Shown in pieces: positions 18,201 through 30,500 of a stretch of 64,000 bases of DNA. Position numbers and translations under genes: made by a program. Source of the DNA: a virus; IMG/VR virus record IMGVR_UViG_3300017783_000007, positions 14,496-78,495 of that record; one strand, given 5' to 3'. Each line of letters starts with the position of its first letter. The first letter of the stretch is position 1. The notes beneath the pieces were generated by a model. It was given only the letters and a program-made list of their open reading frames with translations. It was not told where the DNA came from and did not search any database.

Positions 18201-19850
18201 ACTTTCCCCCGCAGTCGCATACTGAGAATTTGCACTTTCATATACAATTACATCTCCTGCGGATGCGGCGTCAGAGATAGTAAGTTCTGCTTGTACTGTT
18301 TTAATTTGATCTACAAAGGATAAATTACCGCTGCCATCGCTTTGTATAACTTGCTCTGCATTTCCATCATTATTAGGAAGTGTCAAAGTATAAGAAGCAG
18401 CTGCGCTATGGGGAGGGCCCTGTAGCTTGACTCCATGAGAATTATTCTCACAGTTAAGAGTTATAGAGCCAGAGCCTGCGGTTGAGTTTCCTTTTATCTT
18501 GAATAAACCAGAACCATTTGGGTCAACTTCTATGTTTCCATTACTAACAGAAGTGAGCGTATTTCCATTAACATCTAGATTTCCTCCCAGCTGAGGAGTA
18601 GTGTCACTAACTATATTTGGAACAATATCTGCTGATCCATTGAAAGACACTCCCCCAATAGTTCTTGCAGTAGTTAGAGTAGCTGCAGATCCAGTAGTAT
18701 TTTGATTTCCTGTTGTATTAACTCCAGGCAAGTCTATATTTGCAGACCCGTCAAAGGACACACCACCAATAGTTCTTGCAGTAGTTAGAGTAGCTGCAGA
18801 TCCAGTAGTATTTTGATTTCCTGTTGTATTAACTCCAGGTACGTCTATATTTGCAGACCCGTCAAAGGATACACCACCAATAGTTCTTGCAGTAGTTAGA
18901 GTAGCTGCAGATCCAGTAGTATTTTGGTTTCCTGTTGTATTAACCCCCGGTAGGTTTATGTTTGCAGACCCGTCAAAAGAAACCCCACCAATAGTTCTTG
19001 TAGTCTCAAGAGCTGTTGCGGTACCCGCATTACCAGAAGTGTCTTGAGTGCCCACAGTGTTAACCCCAGGCAGGTTTATGTTTGCAGACCCGTCAAAGGA
19101 TACACCACCAATAGTTCTTGCAGTAGTTAGAGTAGCTGCAGATCCAGTAGTATTTTGATTTCCTGTTGTATTAACTCCTGGGAGACTAATACTACTAGTT
19201 CCATCAAAAGAAACTCCCCCAATAGTTCGTGCTGTCGCAAGCGCGGTAGCAGTAGCTGCGAGCCCCGAAGTGTTTTGGTTTCCTGTTGTATTAACTCCGG
19301 GCAAGTCTATATTTGCAGACCCGTCAAAAGAAACTCCACCAATAGTTCTTGCAGTAGTTAGAGTAGCTGCAGATCCACTAGTGTTTTGGTTTCCTGCTGT
19401 ATTAACTCCAGGCAAGTCTATATTTGCTGACCCGTCAAAGGATACACCACCAATAGTTCTTGCAGTCTCAAAAGCTGTCGCGGTACTCGCATTACCCGAA
19501 GTGTTTTGGTTTCCTGTTGTATTAACTCCGGGCAAGTCTATATTTGCTGACCCGTCAAAGGATACACCACCAATAGTTCTTGCAGTTGTTAAGGTGGGTG
19601 CAGAATTAATTGTAGAATCAATGGCACCGTCTCCGGTATCATCGTACAAAAAAGAAATACCGGAATGACTACCGTTGGTAGCAAATTGAGCTCCTACAAT
19701 ATCTTGAACTTCTTCAGATGTTACGGAAGAAGTAGAAGAAGAGGGCGTAAAATCCCACCTAGATTTAGTGGAATTAAAAGTATAAACTGCCCCATTAACT
19801 GTAACGGTATCTCCATTTGAAGGCGAGTTTGTAAAATCTGTAAATGCCAT
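15216..19850 (-). CDS. Long tail fibre with C-terminal intramolecular chaperone (Peptidase S74)
   Basis: C-terminal SSDERLKENI...GVIAQDVEKVLPELV...VRYEKLVAVLIEAVKEL. Also nine TIGGVSFDGS repeats, a propeller-like central region and left-handed beta-helix-like VAVGVNAG repeats. Confidence 0.9.
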   Translation of the reverse strand: MAFTDFTNSPSNGDTVTVNGAVYTFNSTKSRWDFTPSSSTSSVTSEEVQDIVGAQFATNGSHSGISFLYDDTGDGAIDSTINSAPTLTTARTIGGVSFDGSANIDLPGVNTTGNQNTSGNASTATAFETARTIGGVSFDGSANIDLPGVNTAGNQNTSGSAATLTTARTIGGVSFDGSANIDLPGVNTTGNQNTSGLAATATALATARTIGGVSFDGTSSISLPGVNTTGNQNTTGSAATLTTARTIGGVSFDGSANINLPGVNTVGTQDTSGNAGTATALETTRTIGGVSFDGSANINLPGVNTTGNQNTTGSAATLTTARTIGGVSFDGSANIDVPGVNTTGNQNTTGSAATLTTARTIGGVSFDGSANIDLPGVNTTGNQNTTGSAATLTTARTIGGVSFNGSADIVPNIVSDTTPQLGGNLDVNGNTLTSVSNGNIEVDPNGSGLFKIKGNSTAGSGSITLNCENNSHGVKLQGPPHSAAASYTLTLPNNDGNAEQVIQSDGSGNLSFVDQIKTVQAELTISDAASAGDVIVYESANSQYATAGESTISASVTQTSTSIEYLGTTSSSEGVGQAVLVPDYSNKIFQLTYESSTYYYRWATLAADGSVTVSSTGSMPSNSNQITTGPAFLVASNKIALIGSTGSATYYNIGTINTSTGAITWGTNATLYSASTSWDSAGSITYDDNDGKWILVGGDNIRALTYNSSNDTFTVGTAVTVGGSHTSVAYDPVRNAGVVVYTSGGSNYCKKWTCSSGSITLGSAVTVTNTTLQSSDITGNVYTPSAAGNPHIFYIPNRQKFLMIYQITYEYFGNKTWPVGYNSVTIEENGTLTVAHKDTDPGGSGSFLSASIVAGAVDTGTNTLVYLSNGSYNSARRLLLGRLTMSSNGTITHASNSTVMSHSNTINAGALIYKSAGLVYGFTRYGSSASMISQLDGEFYGIQNTVTTTNIENTVVGIADENISAGASGTVNLMGGVDRNQSSLTTGATYYLTSNGTLNSTADSYNIKMGVAVSATELLLEHTTSDADITAVSAGNGLTGGGTSGAVTLSLENTGVTAATYGSATTIPQIVVDGQGRVTSASNVTITAGSSIDVSDTAPSSPSSGDLWFNSSNLRPYIYYADGDSNQWIEFANSNGGGAGSGALALGELTNVSSSSPSSGQVLKWSGSEWAPAADSTGTGGIASVSADTSPQLGGDLDLNGQDIVTASNGDIDLDPNGSGVVVFKGNSTKGSGQFKLNCEVNSHGVTIKGPPHSASADYTLTLPNDDGSANQVLKTDGSGVLSWTTPASAGATSIDDLSDAVYNSTALSLFLGANAGAAVTNSASANVAVGVNAGDSITSANMNVLLGYNAGNAITTGSKNIVIGGQAYNATSSNGSHNILIGYNAEATSTSTNNEMTIGTASGDGLINNVRIPGVDFTMNTTALHYGAEIRADGDVVAYYSSDERLKENIEIIPNALSKVQQIRGVTFDWTDEYLEKQGGEDGYFHRKHDSGVIAQDVEKVLPELVAERPDGTKAVRYEKLVAVLIEAVKELKQEIEELKGEK
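18630..19595 (-). repeat. Nine coding tandem repeats of 111/120 bp (ARTIGGVSFDGSANIDLPGVNTTGNQNT)
   Basis: Directly visible near-identical DNA units of 37 or 40 codons. Confidence 0.95.
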
Positions 19851-19859
19851 TTATTTCTC

Positions 19860-21554
19860 CTACGAGGCTCCGTATATAAGTACACGTCTCGTACCTGCTC
19901 CAGTACATGTAATAATTAATTCGTTGTTTGCTGATATTCTAACGCCGTTTCCTAGTTCCTGAAAACTGTCTACAGAGCCAGAGTCCAATGAAGTCGGTTT
20001 ATCGATAGTGGCTGTTAAAGAGCTATCAGATAGATCATACTCATACACTCTCCCAAGAAAACGATTACTTGAATCTCCGTAGCGACGATCTCCTATAAAT
20101 ATTTGAGAATTATTAAAGTCGAGATCAAACCCAAACATAGTTTCGTTGGTAACGTTATTATATACCTCCCCACCAGTATTTGGATTTGTAAAAGTATTCT
20201 CAAGACTGCCAGTAGATGTATTAAATACGTAAACACGTCCTAAGCCTTTCTGCGTGGTTGCATCCGAAGAAGCACGAGGAAGATTCCTAAGTGCAGTTAC
20301 GGCATACTTGCTGCCATCTGAATTAAACTTAACAAGATGTCCAAAATTAGGAGGAGAATCTGAATAGTAAGTAAAGTCAGAGGGCCAAGAAGTTTTTCTT
20401 AGTAAACTACCATCAGATAAATCGTAAATATAAACTGCTCCTACATAGTCATTACTTGAAACACTTTCTTTTTGGTGACTTACAATAAGATACTCGCCGC
20501 TCATATCCATACATGCCCCAAAGTGGTAATTGGCGTACCCCGAAACAACAGTAGTAGGATTTTCAATAGTTCTCTCTAGAGACCCATCTGATAAGTTGTA
20601 AATATAAATTATACCTTTTCTAGACGCGGAAGTAGCGTTATTCGATGCAATCGCAACATATGTATTATTGCAGGCAACTCCATTACCAAAGTAGCCATTA
20701 GAGACATTTGTAATAGGGTTACTATGTGTTCTTATTAAACTTCCCGTTGCCGCATTGTATATATCAACCACACCTGTTCTAGTATATGTACCGGTCGCTG
20801 GCTCGTAATAGGAGCCAGCGGCTAATCTGGTGCCATTGGGAGACAGCTGTAATGAATATCCCAGCCAAGCAACTGCATCTCTACCGGACTCGGCGGATAT
20901 ACTTCTCTCGTAACTTCCATCATCTATAGAATATAAATGTATTTCTTGGTCTGCTGCTGTTGTCGAACGCCTAGGAACGGCTAAACGATTGCCCCCTACG
21001 CTAATCTCTGAGTCTTGTCTGTCGAAGAAGAAGGCGTTATTATCGGGGTCTGTTACAGCTCTTTGATAGGTTACGTCTATACCAAAAGATAAGCTAAATG
21101 CTGCTGCGGCACTAACTGCTCCGTTAGTACCATCAGTAGCACTAAAAGTAAGAGTAAAGGTTCCCCCAGTCGAAGTAGAAGGAGTTATAGTGAACACATT
21201 ATCTGCTTGTGATACAGTAGCCGTAGACCCCAAAGCCCCTGTTGTAACAGCATAGGACCATGTAAGAGGAAATCCTTCGGGATCCGTTGATACAGCCGTA
21301 ATAGTAGTTGCTGTGCCGTCCCCTGAAAGATCATAGCTGGAATTAACTCCTGTTATACTACTTGGAGCATTATCTTGTACTGTCGCAATTAAGTACCAAC
21401 CGGATCCATTGTACAAAAACAACTTATTATTAGCACTGACATAAGCTTGATCTCCTGCTGCCATTCCTGTTAAAGCTGTTAAAGCCGCCATATTAGCCAC
21501 AGTTGTAGTAGTTACACCTGCCGATATTGTTTTAATGTCTATATAATTTGCCAT
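19860..21554 (-). CDS. Fibre-associated adhesin: cadherin/Ig-like domain + FG-GAP-type beta-propeller
   Basis: TDPEGFPLTWSY Ig-like unit, then repeated FG...GxVYIYDLSDGSL blades. Confidence 0.75.
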   Translation of the reverse strand: MANYIDIKTISAGVTTTTVANMAALTALTGMAAGDQAYVSANNKLFLYNGSGWYLIATVQDNAPSSITGVNSSYDLSGDGTATTITAVSTDPEGFPLTWSYAVTTGALGSTATVSQADNVFTITPSTSTGGTFTLTFSATDGTNGAVSAAAAFSLSFGIDVTYQRAVTDPDNNAFFFDRQDSEISVGGNRLAVPRRSTTAADQEIHLYSIDDGSYERSISAESGRDAVAWLGYSLQLSPNGTRLAAGSYYEPATGTYTRTGVVDIYNAATGSLIRTHSNPITNVSNGYFGNGVACNNTYVAIASNNATSASRKGIIYIYNLSDGSLERTIENPTTVVSGYANYHFGACMDMSGEYLIVSHQKESVSSNDYVGAVYIYDLSDGSLLRKTSWPSDFTYYSDSPPNFGHLVKFNSDGSKYAVTALRNLPRASSDATTQKGLGRVYVFNTSTGSLENTFTNPNTGGEVYNNVTNETMFGFDLDFNNSQIFIGDRRYGDSSNRFLGRVYEYDLSDSSLTATIDKPTSLDSGSVDSFQELGNGVRISANNELIITCTGAGTRRVLIYGAS

Positions 21555-21558
21555 TTTA

Positions 21559-24500
21559 TTACCTATTTATGAGAACCCAGCCGTTATTAGCATTATAATA
21601 TACTAATTGAAAGGCTGCTCTATCAGTGGAGACTATTAAATCTTCTGCAGCGCCTTGGATCTTATGGCCATTTCTGGCTATAGTTATATTGTTAGTAGAA
21701 GCATCCCCTGTCCCGTCAATTATATGCACTTCATCTCCAATAGACGCTGTGCCCGGAAGAGTCAATGTAATAGCTGACGAAGAGGTATCTACAATTTTCT
21801 TAGTTCCAGCTACTAATGTTGTAGAAGAAGTTTGCTCTGCGAATTTAACAACCCCACCGCCGCCTGAAGTAGGTGTTGAAAGCTCAACCCATTGAGCACT
21901 GTTACCATCATTATAATATATATAGGTAGTTAGATTGCTGGGGTCAAACCATAAAGATCCTGTAGAGGGGCTACTGGGAGCACTCTCACTAATAGTAACA
22001 ATAGGGTCTCCCGCGCTGGCGGAGCCTCCAGTTACTATAAGATCAATGGTGCCATCACTATCATCATATGTAACAGTAATACCCGTTTCAGTATTACTTG
22101 TAAACATAGCTCCGACAGTATCCTGTATCGCTTCGGTTAGGTCTACATTTGCTGATCCATCAAAGGGATGGTTAACACTGTTTACAGTTATATTTCGTGC
22201 TGTTGTAAGAGTATCGGCCGAGCCAGTTACCGTACCAGTAACATCGCCCGTAATATTACTAGCAGTAAAGTTACCAGATACAGAAATAGTGTCACTCGAT
22301 GCTGTGATTTCCTGCGTGCCCAAGAAAATTGTTCCCGCATCAAAGTAGCCTTTTCTGAATCGCGCGGTAGGGGATCCTAAGTCATAAGTTTCAGTCGCAT
22401 CTGGTAGAATATGACCATAAACAGTTATAGCTGTAGATGTAGTATCTGCAAGTTTAGTCGTACCATTATATAGAGCATTTGTAGTAACATCTAAAGTACC
22501 ATCAACATCATCATATGTAACCGAGGTTCCTAGCTCAGTATTCCCAGTAAACATAGCTCCGACAGCATCTTGTAATGCCTCGCTTAAATCTACATCTGCG
22601 GATCCATCAAAGGGGTGATTGGTTGCACCTATAGTAAAGTTTCTAGAAATCTGCAAAGAGGTGGCCGTTCCTGCGTTTCCAGAAACATCGCCTGTTAATC
22701 CTCCAGTAATATTGCCCGTAATATTGCCTGTTACATTACCAGTAACATTACCAATAAAAGTACCTTGAACATTACCTGCAAAAATTCTATTAGCGGAAGG
22801 ATTGTAATAGAAAGTATTATCCGTTTTTAAACTTAAGTTGCCGGACTGAGAATCTACAAAGGGTATATAATAAAGAGCATTATCTGATTGTTCGGTACCA
22901 ACAGTTACTGTTGTAGCTACTGTTGCTGTAGAAGCAGTACCCGTAAAAGTTGCATCCGTTCCATCGGTGCCCGCTTCCAATATCTTGCTAGTGCCGTTGC
23001 TTGCATATACATCACCCGTAACATTACCGGTAACGTCGCCTTCAACATTTGCAACTAAAGTACCTACGGTATAGCCTGTACCGCTAGCATTAACTACCGT
23101 AGTGGGTGCTGCCTGTAAGTCTTTAAATAACTTCCACTTACCAGAGTCATTAGCATCTCTAAAAAGTCCGGCGTATAGATCCTGACTTCCAGAAGTATCA
23201 TAAATTCCATAAAATCCAATATCAAGACTATCTGAAGTAGTATTTCCTCTTGCTAGCTCTATAAGTGGATCCTCTACAGACAAATTTGTTGTTTCTACTA
23301 TAGTGTTGTTGCCATTTACAGCTAAATCACCTGTTATAGTAAGATTACCCGCAACAGTCACATTATCGGGTAGCCCTATAGTAAGTGCTGCTCCTTCTGT
23401 ACCAGACCCGCTTACTTCTACCTCGTTAGCAGTCCCCGCTATAGTTGCAACATAGTTACCTGTTGTTTGCGTACTTAAAGCTACAGCATTATCAGCAATT
23501 TTATCCCCAGTTACGGCGTCTGTTTTTATGTGGTCCGTGCCTATAGCTCTGGCAGAATCAGTTGTAGCAGAAGAGGATATTTTTGTACCGGTAACTCCAT
23601 TGGTAGCAAGAGTAAATGCTAGATCAAATTCATCTCCATCTGCTCCGCTATCAGTATCGTTAAAGTTAATATTAATTTCATTATTATCTACAAACTTTAG
23701 TTGTTTGTTTTCAGTAATTGTAACTTCGGTTCCATCACCGTCCTCTACTACAAATCCTGCTCCCATGGTATCAGAGGTTGATACCGTGCCCCCAAGTTCT
23801 ATTGCGGATCCGTTAATTGTAATAGAAGAGTTTGCTAGCTTATCATTAGCAATACTACCTGCAAGCATAGCATTAGTAACCCCAGTAGCTTTAATATTAA
23901 GCGAGTTACTCGTAAATTCTATAGAGCTATCATCAACTTCAGAAGCTTTGATATAATCTTCTACCAAATCGCCGTCAGCAACAGACGAAGCTTTTAAAGT
24001 AACAACCCCACTACTAACAGTAAAGTCCGAGGCATCAAATCTAGCAACACCTTTGTTACTTGATGTCGCTTCTTCTGCAGCAATAGTGATTGTGCCAGAT
24101 GCTTCTGTGACGTCTATACCTTCTCCTGCTGAGAACGTAATAGTGCCTCCCAACGCGGTTGATGTTGAGTTGCTGCCGTCCGTAACAGTGATAGAGGGGT
24201 TTTGTAACTTACCGTTTGGAATACTACTATCTTCGATAGAAAAAGCAATTGTAGGGACTCCGCCGACATCAGCAGCAACAGAAGTTAATATCGTGCCATC
24301 ACCCTTGATAGTAAGAGTTTCTGTTCCAGGAATTACACTAGGACTGCTCGTAGTAGTATTACCTGCAATCGAAGTTGGGGAACCGCCCGCTGGTGTTGCA
24401 GTACTTGTAGCAGTAATTCTACCTTTAGCATCTACTGTTATAATAGGAATTGCAGTAGCACTGCCTACTGTACCTGCCGTTGCACCACTGTTTGCTAGTG

Positions 24501-27500
24501 TTAAAGTACCAGTTACATCCTCTGTACCGTCAAAAGCACCTGATGTATAGGTTGCATCGCCAGTGATTGAAATAGTCCTACCTGCTGCTAATGCTGTCGC
24601 GGTCGGTGGCGTAGTACTTACTGATGTAATTCTACCTTTAGCATCAACTGTAAGTACTGGTACTGCTGTTGCGCCCCCATAACTTCCTGCTGTTGCACCG
24701 CTGTTTGCTAGTGTTAAAGCACCAGTTACATTGCCTGTACCGTCAAAACTACCTGAGGTATAAGTTGCATCACCAGTGATTGCAATAGTTCTGCCTGTTG
24801 CTAAAGCGGTTGCCGTACCCGCATTACCAGAAGTGTTTTGGTTTCCTGTTGTATTAACGCCAGGCAAGTCTATATTTGCAGATCCGTCAAAGGATACACC
24901 ACCAATAGTTCTTGCAGTCTCAAGAACTGTCGCGGTGGCTGCAGTGCCTGAAGTATCCTGATTTAGCGTCGGGACTCTAGCTGCATTAATGGTACCGGTT
25001 GAAATATTTGTTGCATTTAAGTTAGTTAAAGATGAACCATCACCGCTAAAATCGCCTGTAAAAGTTTTAGCACTTGAATCAACCATAACAGAATTGTCAC
25101 TTGCTTTAACATCCCCAGTTAAGTCTCCAGCTACGTTACCTGCAAAAGTTGTAGCTGTTACTTCATTTGTACTCGGGTTAAACCTTAAGCCGGTATCTGT
25201 ATGTATAGATTGAGACCCAGTTGCCCCAGAGGACATGGTAATATACCAACTAGCATCAGTATCCTCAGAGCCTGTCAAGCTCAAATTAGTGGATGAAAGA
25301 TTAGTAATTTCAAGCTCATTAGACGTTGTGTTAAACTCTACGCTAGCCCCTACATGATTAGAGTGCTCTAGTAAGCTTCGAGCCTGAGTAGTAACCCTTG
25401 CATCAGTGTAATATAAATTACTAGAGCCTTCACTTAAATCGTCTGTATCCTTGCTTGATAATACCAAGTTTGCGCCAGTTTGTAGCGCAATTCTGGCATC
25501 TGCTCTTGCGTTTGTAAAGTATAAGTTTGAACCTTCACTTAAATCACCTGTGTCTTTAGTGCCAATCCTAGTGTCAAAGTCGGAGTTCGCTCTACTAGAT
25601 GTATAGTATAAATTACTTGAACCTTCCGCTACTGTATCAGTATTGCCCTGTGTAAATGTTAATACACCAGTGCCACTATTATAGCTTAGTTGTGTCGAGC
25701 CTTCGCTGATAGCCCCTCTGGCTCTTGCATTTGTAAAGTATAAGTTTGAACCTTCACTTAAATCACCTGTGTCATGGTTAGCAATACTAGTTACGGTACC
25801 AGTTACAGCACCTGTAAATGTAGCATCAGTACCGTCTGTACCTGCCTCAAGTATTTTACTAGTACCGTTACTGGCATACACATCCCCCGTTAAATCACCT
25901 GTTAAATCACCTGCAAAACTAGTTGAGGAAAGTACAGATGTAGATGGATTAAAAGAAAAAGTGTTTTTTGACTCAAGTTTAGAGTCTGTAATGTTTAGTT
26001 GATGGTACAGAGGTTGGGTGGTTGTACTAAGTACTTTTGAAACAATAAATATACTTTGTGAAGCGTCAAAGACTAAAGCATTTCTAGATCCTGACCTTAC
26101 ATTAGTAGAGCTTATTTGAGTCTCAGAGGTAAATGATATATCCGAACCTGTAGCAACAGCTCTCTTAAATACGTACCCTCCACTGGACTTATCTGCTAAA
26201 AGTATTACTTCTTTTGTTGTAGGATCATTTGCTAAAACCATATCCTTATAAAACGAGGAATTAAGAGTTACATCTGATCCATAAGTATGAGTACTACTAG
26301 AGCTAGATACAATAACTTTTCTATACTTATTGCCATGGACTATTATACCAAGCTTATCGTCATTACTTTCTGTATACTCTATATCTCCTAAAGTACGGAT
26401 TACCCCTGAGTCTTGAAGAGTAGCAAAGGGCAGACCCTCTATGCCTGAACTAGATAGAGTTGTTCCACTACTTGTTAAAATTCTTGTATTATTGTATCCA
26501 TTACTTTGTGAAGGGTTACTAACGCTTGCCAGTCTTTCGCCAATAGCTACAATAAATTTATTTGCAATACCTGACCAAGATGCATCAATATTCATTGCAT
26601 CATTCTCAGAGACGTCAGTAGTAGCAAAACCAGTGTTTGTTATAGGAAAACTTCCTCCTGACCCAGGAGCTCCTGCTAAGTCAGAAATGCTTGAGCCACC
26701 TGCAAAATTTGCTCCTGTGTAGGTTGGCCCTGTAGTATAACCCCTACCAGTATTTGTCATAGTTATACCGGTTAGATAATACTTACTATCTCCGGATTCG
26801 AATGTCCAGTCAAAAGTACCTGCTGCTTGCTCACCCCCGGGTAAATCTGGAGCACTAAAAGTAGGAGTAATTTGTGTTCTAAGGCTGGAATCGCTCTGAG
26901 CAAGACGCGGAGTTCTATTACCTGAGTAAGTTGCATCAGGGGCAGAAAAGTAATTCGTCATTTGATCCGTAGTACTTACTCGCCTATTAACCATTGCAAG
27001 CTCAGAGCCTAAAGTAATTGAACCTTCGCTCGAAATATTTGCAATTAATGCTATCGGGTTTCCGTTTGTATCAATATGAGTAACAAGAGTTCTATTTGTA
27101 GAAGTATCGGTAGGATCTCTTGTAATACTAATAGCACCTAGTAAAGTATCAGAACTCGTACTTTCAACATTAGTGGAAGCACCGAATGTTACTGTAGAAC
27201 CATTAAAGGTAAGCACTCGTAGTGTATTTACCTTATTTGAGCCACTAGCTTCTGTCAAACTTATTAGAATGTTTGAAGAAGGATTAAGATCCGCTAAAGT
27301 TATTTGTCCGTATGAAGGTTGAGTATTGCTGTTTGCTCTTTGCGCACAGACAATATTTCCATTACTATCGGCTGCTGTAGTAACATTTCCCCATGTAATA
27401 CTTCCCGAAGAATATGTACCAATGCTGTATTTTAATACACCTGAACTTGTCTGGGCCCAGAATGCAAGATACTTATTGTAAAGCTTAGAATAGTATAAAG

Positions 27501-30500
27501 ACGGAGCGTGAGTATGTATATTATCGGATGAATTAGATACAATTGTCGCACCTGTTGTTACACTATCTGCATTTGGCTTTAAAAACGGTATTTCATGAGC
27601 AGCACTTACACCCTCCGAAGGAAAAATACTGGCGTTTCTTGCACGAGTAGCTGTACCTGAAAGAGTACCCGATATATTGAGTACCCCTGTCGCACTTTTT
27701 AAAGTATTAGTAGAAGGAATATAGTTTAGTAAAGAGCTTATCTCTATAGATTGAGGAGAAGCTGTCCCATCAACAAAAGCAAGATAGTGAGTATCTGCAC
27801 TAGACTCTTGAGTAGTAATAGCCACTTGAGAGGCTACAGAAGAAGACCCGCTAACATTTCCTACAAATGAAGTGGCTCGGAGAACTCCGGTGCTCGGATT
27901 GTATGTAAGTGGATTGATATCTCCGGATACACTTAAATCTTTTCTTAAACCATGGTAATCTACAGAGCTAATTGTCTCCGCCGTAGCATCTCCAAATATA
28001 ATCGGAAAATCGGAGTTAGTTGTATCCGTTTCAGTTACAGCAACTTTTGTAGACTTTGTTGATATACCGGTAAATGTAGCATCAGTACCATCTGTACCGG
28101 ACTCAAGTATTTTATTAGTACCGTTACTAGCATATACATCTCCGGTTAGATTGCCAGTAATTGCACCAGTAGTTGTAAATGCGCCTGCTGTCATAGTACC
28201 TGATACTATAGGAGCATTTACTAAACCAAATGTAATTGTATTGTCACTTACCGTTGTTGTTACTTGGTTTGTTGTTCCTGAGAAAGCTAATGTTTGCCCT
28301 GTTGTAAAAGTATCATTAGAACCAGAATCAGCACTTAACGTAAATGAAGAGTTGACGTTTGAAATCTCAGTATCAACGTATGCTTTAATAGATTGTTGAG
28401 TAACACCAAATTGATCTGAGTCATCAGACATTGAATCATCGTCTAAGAACCCTGAAACTGCAATATTATTAGTACCTTTGAAGGAAGCGGCCGTAATAGC
28501 ACCTGCTTTTAATGCACTTGCTGTGCCTGTAAAGGTATTTGAACTTTCTGTGGCATCTGCAATGAATACAAATTCACTTGCTGAATCATCATAACCAAAG
28601 AAACCTTTCTTTGCGGACGAACCATCGTGCCAATTAAACTTTATGCCTCTGTCCAAGTTGTCATCAGATGAAATTGCTGGATCACCTACTTCAAAAATAG
28701 GATCATCAACTTGAACTGTTGTACTGTTTACCGTGGTTGTTGTACCGTTTACTGTAAGTGTTCCGTCTACTACAATATCATTGCTAAAAGTCTTATTGCC
28801 TGAAATAGTGGCAGCTATAGAAACTCCATTACTATCTACTTCTAATCCGCCATTAGTTTTAGGCTGTACAGAAAGAGTTAGAGCTCCTTGCGTGTTGCTA
28901 TTAGCTTCTAATATACCGTTCCCAGCAGTTATAGAGGTAACGCTAGCTCCGTCCAAGCCATTTACAGTTGCACCGTCAAAATCTACAGTCGCATTATCAA
29001 AGTCTATAGTTACGCCGCTATTGAAACCTAAGTTGCCCGTTAGAGTGCCACCACTTATAGGAAGAGCATTATCTGCTTTAGTACCCTGAGCATCCGTAGC
29101 ATAATCTGAAGAATCAAATGCTTTTACTTGAGCAAGATTAGTTACTTCAGAATCCATCAAAGCGCCAGCGGCTGTTACATTCGTAGTATCCGTAACATCT
29201 GCACTAGCCTCAACTCCTGATAGCTTAGTTTTTTCAGCGTCAGTAAACGCATTAGTATCTGAGTTGTTTTCATAAGCTGTTTTAATTTCAGCGTCAGTTT
29301 GATCAGCGGTTGCGCTGGCTTCAATGCCATCCAGCTTAGTTTTTTCCGAGTCAGTAAACGCATTAGTATTTGAGTTGTTCTCATACGCTGTTTTAATTTC
29401 AGAGTCAGTTTGGTCAGCGGTTGCACTAGCCTCAACTCCTGCTAGCTTAGTTTTCTCGGAGTCAGTGAACGCATTAGTATTTGAGTTGTTCTCATACGCT
29501 GTTTTAATTTCAGAGTCAGTTTGATCAGCGGTTGCATTGGCCTCAATTCCTGATAGTTTAGTTTTTTCAGAGTCAGTAAACGCATTAGTATCTGAGTTGT
29601 TCTCATACGCTGTTTTAATTTCAGAGTCAGTTTGGTCGGCGGTTGCGTTGGCTTCAATACCGTCAAGCTTAGAGCCGTCTGTAGCAACATCACGCCCATC
29701 AACAGTTCCACCCACGGTAATATTTCCTGATGCGGCAATATTTACAGCGGAGGAAATAGATCCAGAAGATATACTTAAAGTACCGTCGCTAAGAGCAGGA
29801 GCAACTAAAGAATCTGTTGAGTTATCAAAGTAAATACGAGAGTCACCCTGTAGAGTTCTAATACCTGAGCGACCGTCTGTTAGGACAATATTTCTATGGC
29901 TGGCCGGAACTGTTGGGTTCGTAGTATCGTCAGTATTTTTCTGAACTACAACAGTTGTAGCTACACTAGCAGTCGGAGCAACTGCGTTACTATCAAAAGT
30001 TCCTGCAAAAGTTCCTGCAAAAGCTCCCTCAAAGTTACCTGCAAAATTACCATTTAAGTTACCTGCGGTAATAGTGTCCTTTCCTGGATTATAAGTAAAT
30101 GCTGAACTTGCAAAAATATCAGACGTTCCAGTTCTTGAATCTACAAAAGCCATGAAATGGGCAGCATCCAGCATTACGGTGCCTGTTCCCGACCCATTAG
30201 CTGATGCAACAAAGTCTGTTTGTATAACTGTCCCTGTGCCCTGACTAGCCGCAGGAGTTTCTACTACGGTTCCGGTTCCAGTACCCGCTCCCGTTGCTGT
30301 AAAAACTGCTCCAATATCGTTAGAGGTTGCCCCTATTGCTAGAAAGTTAGAGGTGCCGGGAGATACAATTCTATATTCTTCTCCGGCAGATATTGCATCA
30401 GCCGAAATTGCAGTGCCTGCACTTCTTGCTTTAAATATCTCCCCTACGGAAGGGGTAGGGGAGCTTCCATAAGCAATCCAATTAGACAAAAGTAACACAG

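Noticed and set aside
18630-19595. Regularly spaced repeats as a CRISPR array (also 29195-29670)
   Set aside because: Units are multiples of 3, in frame within fibre genes, vary mostly at synonymous sites, have no unique spacers, and no cas genes are present.
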